DNA from: Chlamydiota bacterium
GTDB lineage: Bacteria > Chlamydiota > Chlamydiia > Chlamydiales > Rhabdochlamydiaceae
DNA length: 29,378 nt
Assembly (NCBI GenBank): GCA_011065225.1
Contig: JAAKFC010000001.1
Span: 1-29,378 of the forward strand
Reading direction: 5' to 3'
Both the position numbers and the translations under genes were made by a program. Of the stretch, positions 18,629 through 26,540 are shown piece by piece. The number at the start of each line of letters is the position of its first letter. Positions within the stretch are counted from its first letter, which is position 1. The notes beneath the pieces are model-generated. The model worked only from the letters and a program-made list of their open reading frames with translations, did not search any database and was not told where the DNA came from.

Positions 18629-18656
18629 ACGTCTGATAATGTATCTTATGTTGCGT
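18629..18656 (+). other. dif-like (XerC/XerD) recombination site
   Basis: ACGTCTGATAA TGTATC TTATGTTGCGT vs E. coli dif GGTGCGCATAA TGTATA TTATGTTAAAT. The central ATAATGTATxTTATGTT matches at 16/17 positions, with 11-6-11 geometry and symmetric ACG/CGT ends. Confidence 0.6.
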
Positions 18657-18729
18657 AAACCAATGAATCCGTAGGACTTAAGTCCATTTTAGCCTTCTTC
18701 ATTATTCAGAGCAACAATTGGTTTTTTGG

Positions 18730-18751
18730 TTGGTGCACAGCTGTGCACCAA
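18730..18751. repeat. Perfect 22-bp palindrome TTGGTGCACAGCTGTGCACCAA
   Basis: Read directly from the sequence. No U-tract follows on either strand, so it is not a canonical intrinsic terminator. Confidence 0.85.
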
Positions 18752-18760
18752 ATGTATAAG

Positions 18761-20380
18761 TTAAGACCTTACCAAATGAAAACGGTTCTTAATATATTCG
18801 AGTTGTTTTTGACCTTCCAATTTATCTGTTGCGGGGTTTGTCCTAACATAAAAATCACTTTCTTTTAAAAAACAAGGGTTTTGAGAAGGTTTGCATTCAA
18901 TATGCAATAGATTTTTACCATCGATTAGCAAAATGTTTGAATCTATAAATGGGTAAAATTGTTCGCCAATTTGACTTTTAATTAAATTTTTCCAATGAAG
19001 TAGATAATTATCAGTGTTTTTATTAAATTTTTGCATTTCAGAATCTATACCGATAATAGTTTTTTCGTCACTGACGCCAATTATTAAATGACCTCCATCT
19101 GTATTGAGAAATGCGACTATTGTTTTAAGAGCAGATAGTTCGATATAATCCGCTTTTATTTGTTTTCTTACATCTAGGCTTAACGTTTCTTTGAATTCAG
19201 AAGTTTTAGTTTCTCCTTGATGAATGATTTGTTTGACCCTATCCGAATGAGTTAATTTTCCGACAACTTCAAGCATTTCATTTAATTGAGTTAAAATTGA
19301 CTCTCCGTAGCTTGGGTTTATGCAAAATTCTGAATCAAAAAATTTAATTTGATTATTTAGAGAAGTGAGTTTTTTTGCAATTTGGACTATAAAATTCTGT
19401 ATCTCAAGACTTGGTACAGGAAGAATGAGATTTTGAACTCTCTCCATTTGAAGCCCACAGGGAGGTGTAACTGATTGGAGCACTAATTTTCCCAAAGTAG
19501 AGTTGAAAAAAGTCGAAATATATTTATTTGTTACTATTTCACTATTTAATACTAATTGAATGTAAGAGCAATGGGTAGCCTCGGGCGGAAGCGAAATGAC
19601 TGCATTTGCTGGAAATATAGGGAGATAGATTGCATTTTCTTGATCATCAAAATGATGCCATGCATTAATGGGAAGGCTATTTATAGAAATGGCCAGTTCT
19701 TCGAGCCTATATTGTTTGTAAGTTTTATAATGTGTTTCAATCCACTCAATTTTTTGAGAGGCATTTAACTGTTCAAAGCCGTAAAAACTATTTCGTTCAA
19801 TTAAATTAATGTTGTTTTTGTTGTTATTAGGTAATAAATACGAATAAATTGCATCTCTTGTACTCTTTCCAGTTTTAAGTATGTCAATATATATTTCATT
19901 GGTCTCCTTTCTAGATATATGAGCAAGTACGGGATTTATTATTGGATCTGGGAATTCTCCGGAATCTAGTAAAATCAGATTCAATTCAGTATCGAATAAC
20001 GCATTGGTATAAAAATCATTATTATTCAATAGATTTTCAAATCCGGACATATAATGAAAGTCCAATGAGTTTGACATAAATAGGCAATCACCATTAGAAG
20101 ATAAATAGGGCAGTACCTCTAATAAGGTGAGCCAATGCTTTCTCGCTTTAATTGTTCTTCCACGATCTACATATTCAATAAACCCGATTTCTGTCGGGAT
20201 ATCCAGGAGAATTAGATCGAACGTTTTATGAGAGGGTATCTCTTCGATTTTAGATATACGTTCAGAAGATTCGGTCAAATGAAACAAGCTTGTAATTGAT
20301 TGGTCAATATGTAAAATGCTTTTAGATTCTCTTGCTTCAGCCCATTCTTTAACAAATAATTTTATAACATGTTTATTCAT
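18761..20380 (-). CDS. Fusion of degenerate N6-methylase-like domain, HsdS-like specificity region and Schlafen (AlbA_2) domain
   Basis: C-terminal GETKTSEFKETL...SALKTIVAFLNTDGGHLIIGVSD (AlbA_2). Middle region KYISTFFNSTLGK...NLILPVPSLEIQNFIV (HsdS TRD end/helix). N-terminal FDLILLDIP and LLEVLPYLSSNGDCLF resemble the HsdM DxxxxNPP / LxxLKxGG region. Confidence 0.75.
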   Translation of the reverse strand: MNKHVIKLFVKEWAEARESKSILHIDQSITSLFHLTESSERISKIEEIPSHKTFDLILLDIPTEIGFIEYVDRGRTIKARKHWLTLLEVLPYLSSNGDCLFMSNSLDFHYMSGFENLLNNNDFYTNALFDTELNLILLDSGEFPDPIINPVLAHISRKETNEIYIDILKTGKSTRDAIYSYLLPNNNKNNINLIERNSFYGFEQLNASQKIEWIETHYKTYKQYRLEELAISINSLPINAWHHFDDQENAIYLPIFPANAVISLPPEATHCSYIQLVLNSEIVTNKYISTFFNSTLGKLVLQSVTPPCGLQMERVQNLILPVPSLEIQNFIVQIAKKLTSLNNQIKFFDSEFCINPSYGESILTQLNEMLEVVGKLTHSDRVKQIIHQGETKTSEFKETLSLDVRKQIKADYIELSALKTIVAFLNTDGGHLIIGVSDEKTIIGIDSEMQKFNKNTDNYLLHWKNLIKSQIGEQFYPFIDSNILLIDGKNLLHIECKPSQNPCFLKESDFYVRTNPATDKLEGQKQLEYIKNRFHLVRS

Positions 20381-20475
20381 AATATTTATATCGATTAATT
20401 TTAAGGTAATTGAATGTAATTATCCAATATTGTTATAATTAAAATAAACATAAAAAAATAATTTGGGGTTTATCT

Positions 20476-21258
20476 GTGAAAAAAAGGTTGTTTGATCCAG
20501 ACTCGACTGAGTCTTTTCTTTTAAGTCGCTCTAAAATTGACTTATTTTGTCAATGTCCTAGGTGTTTCTATCTGGATAGAAAACTTGGAGTCTCTCCTCC
20601 AGGATCGGCTCCTTACACTCTCAATAACGCAGTAGATGCCCTCCTCAAAATGGAATTTGATGAGTACAGAGTCAAGGGATCTGTCCACCCATTTACTGAA
20701 AAAATGGGTTTGAATGCCGTCCCTTTTTCCCATCCAAACCTTGAAAATTGGAGAAACAATAGAATTGGAATCCAGTACTTTTGTCCTAAGACCAATTTTC
20801 TTCTTTATGGGGCGATTGATGATGTTTGGCAACTTCCCTCAGGCAAGCTTGTGATTGTCGACTACAAAGCTAAGGCAACGCAAAATGAGATCACTCTTAA
20901 GCCAAAGAGGAAGAAAAATGGCGAGATTGTCAAAACTGATAGGTACCTTATCAGCTATGCAAAGCAAATTGAATTTTACCAGTGGCTATTTCGAATGAAT
21001 GGCTTTGAGGTGTCTAATACCGGGTATTTTGTTTTTGCAAATGCATTGAAAGATCGAGATTCGTTTGATGATCGATTGGATTTTAAAAAGGTGCATATCC
21101 CCTACGAAGGGAATGACTCTTGGGTCGAGCCTACACTTTTTTCCATTTTGGAATGTTTGAAAAGTGAAACTCTGCCAGCGATTTGTGAGGGGTGTGATCA
21201 TTGCACCTACCGCATCGCTTCTCAGGCTTTTGAGAGCACTGCATTGACTATTGGCTAG
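20476..21258 (+). CDS. PD-(D/E)XK nuclease (RecB/AddB/Cas4-like, probable Fe-S cysteines)
   Basis: LSRSKIDLFCQCPRCFY; GAIDD...IVDYKAK; QIEFY; terminal CEGCDHC. Confidence 0.88.
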   Translation: MKKRLFDPDSTESFLLSRSKIDLFCQCPRCFYLDRKLGVSPPGSAPYTLNNAVDALLKMEFDEYRVKGSVHPFTEKMGLNAVPFSHPNLENWRNNRIGIQYFCPKTNFLLYGAIDDVWQLPSGKLVIVDYKAKATQNEITLKPKRKKNGEIVKTDRYLISYAKQIEFYQWLFRMNGFEVSNTGYFVFANALKDRDSFDDRLDFKKVHIPYEGNDSWVEPTLFSILECLKSETLPAICEGCDHCTYRIASQAFESTALTIG

Positions 21259-21293
21259 CTTTCTGTCACGTAAAGGAAGTAGAGGTCCAGAGA

Positions 21294-21557
21294 TCATTTT
21301 TTGCGCAATTGTTTATGGAGATTCTTTTGCAATTCAAGAATTTCCATTCTCAGCAGCTTGTCATGCTTCCTTAGTTTTAGAGAATATTTTGTCTTCTTCC
21401 CATGTTTAATTGGTGTTTTCCCTCCGTGTTTAGAGCATCGCAAGGAAGGAAGCCTGGGAGCATTTTTACAGGGGCTCCCATGGCGGGTTTCCGCTCCACA
21501 GGTTTCTGGTAGCTCAAGATTCCGAGATAGAAATTGCTCGTACATGGGGTATGGCAT
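21294..21557 (-). CDS. HGGxSTG-type small Cys/His protein (possibly frameshifted at 5' end)
   Basis: CGAETRHGSPCKN...RCSKHGGKT followed by KHG. An upstream MKMKNPEK in another frame joins across an A7 run. Confidence 0.6.
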   Translation of the reverse strand: MPYPMYEQFLSRNLELPETCGAETRHGSPCKNAPRLPSLRCSKHGGKTPIKHGKKTKYSLKLRKHDKLLRMEILELQKNLHKQLRKK

Positions 21558-21730
21558 TTTTTTCAGGATTTTTCATTTTCATGGCCGTGTAACGGATGAG
21601 GAGCTCACTTGCCCGGAAGCTAAGGTTAGTAAAGGATGTGAAGCTATTTCCTTTTGCCAGTCTTTCGGTACTCAAAAGGTAACCGATAATAAACTGGAGA
21701 ATCAGAAGTGAAATGAGGTGCTTAGGGAAA

Positions 21731-21772
21731 TGGGGCAAGCTGGACTTGAACCAGCGACCGGCGGGTTATGAG
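21731..21772 (-). tRNA. 3' fragment of tRNA with CAT anticodon (Ile2/Met); att-site scar, not a functional gene
   Basis: Minus strand reads CTCATAACCCGCCGGTCGCTGGTTCAAGTCCAGCTTGCCCCA: anticodon loop, T-arm GCTGG-TTCAAGT-CCAGC, 3' acceptor strand. The upstream sequence cannot form the anticodon stem, D-arm or acceptor stem. Confidence 0.85.
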
Positions 21773-22039
21773 GGAGGGAGAACCCCATTTCCACCAGCAC
21801 CATCCAACATTTATGAGTGTAAGCATAAAGTACTTGCTTGATGGATGCAACGGGTTTTTGCGGGTCCAAACCGACAAAAATTGATGCGCGGTGCACCGTC
21901 AGTGCACCATTTTTGTCTCCAAAATATTTTAATTAATAATTTTCGATCAAATATTAAAAATAAATTTCGAGTTGAGTTTAATGTAGGTTTTGTTTACTGT
22001 TTTTATTGTATCTTTAAATAAAAATTGGTTTTTATAGAA

Positions 22040-22600
22040 ATGTCTAAAAAAATAGATTATTACAATATTATTTTTCACATAAATTATGATCCCATTGAAG
22101 AATTGTATTATTGCGGTGTACCAGGCTATTCTATTCCAACAATTTTTGTTGGAAAGTCCGAAAAGGAAGTGCAAGACTCAATGGAAGACTTATTAACCTC
22201 TTATCTTGATTTTTGTCATGACCAAGGTTCATGTCGCGAAACGGAAATTACTTATAATGTGATGGAGGCGTATTCCACTGGATGGATTATACGGGAAGCG
22301 GGTTCAAAAATTACTGATAGTTTTGAAGAACAAAAAGAAGAATATCTTCAAAAGATAATTATTAAAGAATTTTTAAAAAACACCGACATTAATGATCCAT
22401 ATCACTCTGAAGTTATTAGCATTGCTGATGAACAAGAAAATATTGAACAAGTTTTGGCCGATCTTTCAGAAAGAAAACAACTCAACCGAATGGAAATTAT
22501 ACAAAAAGCAAAGGAAGCTGGACACTCAAAGATTAGGATAGGAGAAATGGAGGTGCTCAGGGTAAATAGATTGGGAATATCACCCTCTGATCATACATGA
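22040..22600 (+). CDS. HicB-like N-terminal domain protein with acidic C-terminal extension
   Basis: IFHINYDPIEELYYCGVPGYSIPTIFVGKSEKEVQDSMEDLLTSYL fits the HicB partial RNase-H fold pattern. ATG 22040 preferred over 22025. Confidence 0.55.
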   Translation: MSKKIDYYNIIFHINYDPIEELYYCGVPGYSIPTIFVGKSEKEVQDSMEDLLTSYLDFCHDQGSCRETEITYNVMEAYSTGWIIREAGSKITDSFEEQKEEYLQKIIIKEFLKNTDINDPYHSEVISIADEQENIEQVLADLSERKQLNRMEIIQKAKEAGHSKIRIGEMEVLRVNRLGISPSDHT

Positions 22601-22648
22601 TATCACTAGTTTTTTTGAAAGTTGGTTTTCTTCTTTTATTTAATAAAA

Positions 22649-25600
22649 ATGCATAAAAAAAATGGTTCCTATTTTTATTCTCCTTCAGATTTGATACAGT
22701 TTGTTGAAAGTCCTTTTGCATCATGGATGGATCGATATAGCCTTGATTATCCAGATGTCAGTTCCGTGAAAGATGTACCGGATCCCATGAAAGATTCACT
22801 TCGTCGAAAAGGGATTGCTCATGAAATAAGAATCAAAGAGGGTTTTAAAGAGCAGGGGCTAGATGTTGTTCAGATTCAGGCCGAAGATATTGAGGAAAGT
22901 TACAAAGCTACTTTTTCTGAAATGGAGAAAGGTAGAGATGTGATTCACCAAGCTCGACTTGAAATGGGTGAATTTGCAGGATTTGCTGATTTTCTCGTTA
23001 AAGTTCCTGGAGCAAGTGATCTGGGCGAATATCATTATGAAGTTTGGGATGCAAAACATTCTAAACACCTTAAACCCTCTCATGTTGTACAGCTATGTTG
23101 CTATGCTGAGATGCTGGAAATAGTACAAGGTAGATCCCCTGAGCAGATTGTTGTCGTTTTGGGTACGGGTGAAAAAAAGATTTTGCGAGCTAAGAATTAT
23201 TTCTACTACTACCGAGAGATCAAACAAAACTTTCTTAAGACTCAAAATAATTTCAATCCAAAAAACATGCCTAATCCCGCTGATTCTAAAGGCTGGGGGG
23301 ATTGGTCATCACATGCAAACAATCTGCTAATAGAAAGAGACCACCTACTTCAAATAGCTGGAATTACCCGTAGTCAAATTAAGAAGTTAAATCAAATGGA
23401 TATTTGGACTATGTGGCAATTAATTGAAACAGATGTACAAAATGTTAAATGGATAAATCACTCTATTTTTATGGGTCTAAAAAAACAGGCAACTATCCAA
23501 AAAATTAGCTCTAGCCAAAGTAAGCCCCATTATGAAGTATTGATTCCTTTGGATGATGAAAAGCGTGGATTATCTTTGTTGCCTCCTCATTCATCATTAG
23601 ATGTTTTCTTTGATATTGAAGGATTTCCTTATCACGAAAATGGATTAGAATATTTGTTGGGCTGTGTATATTTCGATGATTTAGGAAATAGGGATTATAA
23701 AGACTTCTGGGCTCATTCTAGAGAGCAGGAACGGGAAGCTTTTCGAGAGTTTATTACTTGGGTTTATGATCGTTGGTTACGAGATCCAAGTATGCACATC
23801 TATCATTATGCTAAATATGAAATTGATGCTTGTCGTAGATTAATGGGTCGTTTTGGTATTTGCGAAAATGAGGTTGATCAATTATTGCGCAATGAAGTGT
23901 TCGTTGATCTTTATAAAGTTGTTAAAGGTGGGGTTGTAATTGGGGAAACACGCTATTCCATTAAAAATGTAGAGCGTCTTTATCGAGGAAAAAGAAGAAC
24001 AGAAGTTGGTAGCGGTAGTGAGTCTGTAGTCTTATATGAGAAGTGGGATAATCTTCATGAGAACTGTAAAGAAGTAGATGCCTGGCGGGCGTCGAAGCTT
24101 CTCAATGACATTCGTGACTACAATATTGATGATTGCGAATCTACCCAAGAGCTTGTCTTATGGTTACGAAAACGTCAAAAGGAGTTTAATATCACTTATC
24201 GAGGAAAAGTAGAGGTGTGTAAGCCGGAAGTTCAAGAGGAAATCACCGAGACCATAAAACTAAGAGATAAATTACTTTTTAGAGCATCTACATCTACCAA
24301 CGCTAGATTTACTGATTTAGAAAATAATCTTGCTGGAATGCTGGAATTTCATCGACGAGAATCCAAACCAGTGTTTTGGCGCATGTATGATAGGCTTGGA
24401 CTTAGTGATGAAGAATTGCTGGATGATGATGATTGTTTAGCTTTTTGTAAGCGTACAAAAAGGGAGGCGTTTAAGCCTTCTGCGCGAGCAAGGAATCTAG
24501 CCTATGAATATAGTTTTGATATTTTGCAAGAATTTAAAGGGGCCACAAAAAAATTTTTTGTTTTGGGTGTAGAAAATACCAATGGCGAGACTGATAGAGT
24601 TACATATGTTTCGGAAATGAGCGATTTAGAAAGTGGCTTGATAGTTGTACAATCCAAACAAGAGCCCAAACCAAATATCTCTTTAGTCCCCTATGAATTT
24701 GTTAGTCCGAAGCCTATTCCTCAAGCACTTTATGAAATTGCGGCTGCTTATGAGTCTGGACAGTTGCAACGCTGTGCCATTATTGACTTTCTTGCGCGCT
24801 CAAAACCAGTTATTAAAGATCACCAAGGCGGTCCAATAGCTGCTAGTAAACATCCAGTTGAGAAGATGGATCAGATACTCAAAGCTATTAGAAATTTAAA
24901 CAATAGTTATTTGACGATTCAAGGACCTCCTGGATCAGGGAAGTCTTATACGGGAAAGTTTATGATTGCCGAACTGGTAAAAGATGGGTTCAAGGTGGGG
25001 ATATCAAGTAATAGTCACAAAGCGATTAACAATCTTCTCCTTTTAACTGCGAAGCACTGCAAAGAAAAAGAAATCGAAGCAACTTTTGCATGTACTAAGG
25101 AAACAGAACCTTCATTAATTGATGAAGGAATCGCTATCATCAAAAATGAAGATTTAGCAGATTCCATTAAGCCTGGATGTGTATTAGGGACCACAGCTTG
25201 GGGCTTTGCTCGTGAAGATATGGTCAATCAATTGGATTATCTTTTCATTGATGAAGCTGGTCAGGTGGGGGTAGCGAACCTGGTTGCAATGAGCCGTTGT
25301 GCAAAAAATTTTATTCTAATGGGTGACCAGATGCAGTTAGGGCAGCCCACTCAAGGAGATCACCCAGCGGATAGTGGTCTTTCGGCTTTGGATTACCTGC
25401 TAAAAAATGCTCCTACCATTTCAGAGGAAATGGGGGTTTTTTTAGGCACTACTTACCGTATGCATAGCGCTATAAATGATTTCATTAGTGAATATATCTA
25501 TGAAGGCAAGCTTACATCACACCCGAATAATGAGCGGCGAATAATAGAGTTACCATCTGGATATGATGGGAAGCTTAACAAGGAAGCTGGCATTATCTAT

Positions 25601-26086
25601 GTTCCCGTTATTCATAAGGGCAATACTCAGGCATCAGATGAGGAAGTAGCTGAAATTGCAAGTCTAACTAAAGAATTGATTGGTCGAATTTTTAGAGGGA
25701 ATGATGGACAAAAGCGAATAGTTGACTGGAACGATATTCTTTTTGTAGCTCCTTACAACTTCCAAGTTCGAAAACTTAAGAAAGCCTTGGGAGAGCAGGC
25801 TAAAGTGGGAAGTATTGATAAATTTCAAGGCCAAGAAGCTCCAATTGTATTTCTTAGCATGTGCTCCAGCGATGCTGGTGAATCACCTAGAGGGTTAAAA
25901 TTTTTGTTAGATAAGCATCGTATTAATGTAGCTATCTCCAGAGCGCAAAGCCTTGTTATTGTGGTGGGTAGCCCAAGTCTTGGCAATGCTGTGGTTGGAA
26001 ATGTCGAGGAATTAGAGTTAGTTAGTTTATTTCAGTCCCTATGCTCTATTGGTTCGGCCAAGCCAACGTTTTCTAATCAGGCTTAG
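22649..26086 (+). CDS. TM0106-family RecB-like nuclease + RNase H-like domain + Upf1/DNA2-like SF1 helicase
   Basis: YSPSDL; GFADFL...EVWDAKHSK...VQLCCY; FFDIEG, YHYAKYE, FVDLY, YSIKNVE, YNIDDC; IQGPPGSGKS, DEAGQ, GDQMQL, TYRMH, SIDKFQGQE, RINVAISRA. ATG 22649 preferred. Confidence 0.93.
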   Translation: MHKKNGSYFYSPSDLIQFVESPFASWMDRYSLDYPDVSSVKDVPDPMKDSLRRKGIAHEIRIKEGFKEQGLDVVQIQAEDIEESYKATFSEMEKGRDVIHQARLEMGEFAGFADFLVKVPGASDLGEYHYEVWDAKHSKHLKPSHVVQLCCYAEMLEIVQGRSPEQIVVVLGTGEKKILRAKNYFYYYREIKQNFLKTQNNFNPKNMPNPADSKGWGDWSSHANNLLIERDHLLQIAGITRSQIKKLNQMDIWTMWQLIETDVQNVKWINHSIFMGLKKQATIQKISSSQSKPHYEVLIPLDDEKRGLSLLPPHSSLDVFFDIEGFPYHENGLEYLLGCVYFDDLGNRDYKDFWAHSREQEREAFREFITWVYDRWLRDPSMHIYHYAKYEIDACRRLMGRFGICENEVDQLLRNEVFVDLYKVVKGGVVIGETRYSIKNVERLYRGKRRTEVGSGSESVVLYEKWDNLHENCKEVDAWRASKLLNDIRDYNIDDCESTQELVLWLRKRQKEFNITYRGKVEVCKPEVQEEITETIKLRDKLLFRASTSTNARFTDLENNLAGMLEFHRRESKPVFWRMYDRLGLSDEELLDDDDCLAFCKRTKREAFKPSARARNLAYEYSFDILQEFKGATKKFFVLGVENTNGETDRVTYVSEMSDLESGLIVVQSKQEPKPNISLVPYEFVSPKPIPQALYEIAAAYESGQLQRCAIIDFLARSKPVIKDHQGGPIAASKHPVEKMDQILKAIRNLNNSYLTIQGPPGSGKSYTGKFMIAELVKDGFKVGISSNSHKAINNLLLLTAKHCKEKEIEATFACTKETEPSLIDEGIAIIKNEDLADSIKPGCVLGTTAWGFAREDMVNQLDYLFIDEAGQVGVANLVAMSRCAKNFILMGDQMQLGQPTQGDHPADSGLSALDYLLKNAPTISEEMGVFLGTTYRMHSAINDFISEYIYEGKLTSHPNNERRIIELPSGYDGKLNKEAGIIYVPVIHKGNTQASDEEVAEIASLTKELIGRIFRGNDGQKRIVDWNDILFVAPYNFQVRKLKKALGEQAKVGSIDKFQGQEAPIVFLSMCSSDAGESPRGLKFLLDKHRINVAISRAQSLVIVVGSPSLGNAVVGNVEELELVSLFQSLCSIGSAKPTFSNQA

Positions 26087-26345
26087 AGTCAACAATTTTC
26101 AGGATACTAAGAGCATTTTCATTACCTATTAAAGCCTCTTGAACGATTCTTGTATCAAGCTTCCATGGCTTCTCATATTGAGCCAAAATCGCTACAGCAT
26201 ATTTACTACCCTAAATAGCCTCAGTGACTAGAAGGTCTTTGATTGTGAATTCCTTCCATGCCATGTATCCAGCAAATGAGATTAATACTGCCAATATCAG
26301 GATGGGGAAGGAGAAATATTTAAGAATTTTTCGAAAGTTTTCCAT
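26073..26345 (-). pseudogene. Small membrane-anchored protein with internal stop
   Basis: Manual translation MENFRKILKYFSFPILILAVLISFAGYMAWKEF...EAI*GSKYAV...KIVDSKPD*, with a single internal TAG at 26211-26213. Confidence 0.4.
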
Positions 26346-26540
26346 AGATAGCCCTTTTTACAAGTTGTAGTGGGATTATGGCTAAGATCTGATTTTGTAG
26401 TAAGATGTAGGTTGTTTTTAAACTCCCATTTGTTCACGGACTTTGACTATCATAGTGGTATTTGCAGCTTTTGGGCTTCCCTCCATGTAGAATCTGGTGC
26501 TGGAAGCCCTCAATGCCAATTTTTACGAAACGAACCCATT

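Noticed and set aside
18730-18751. Intrinsic terminator for the Schlafen fusion gene
   Set aside because: On the minus strand the hairpin is followed by CCAAAAAA, not a U-tract; kept only as a palindrome.
18761-20380. Functional type I restriction-modification system
   Set aside because: No hsdR, no NPPY/F catalytic motif and no clear SAM-binding motif.
20476-21258. cas4 / CRISPR locus
   Set aside because: No cas1/cas2 and no repeat-spacer array anywhere in the window.
21731-21810. Intact tRNA gene
   Set aside because: The 5' half is missing; the sequence upstream of the anticodon loop cannot pair with the 3' stems.
21301-22174. Track ORFs 21301-21711, 21514-21738, 21702-21896 and 21947-22174
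   Set aside because: They overlap the HGG gene, att scar or HicB-like gene, and show no coherent protein features.
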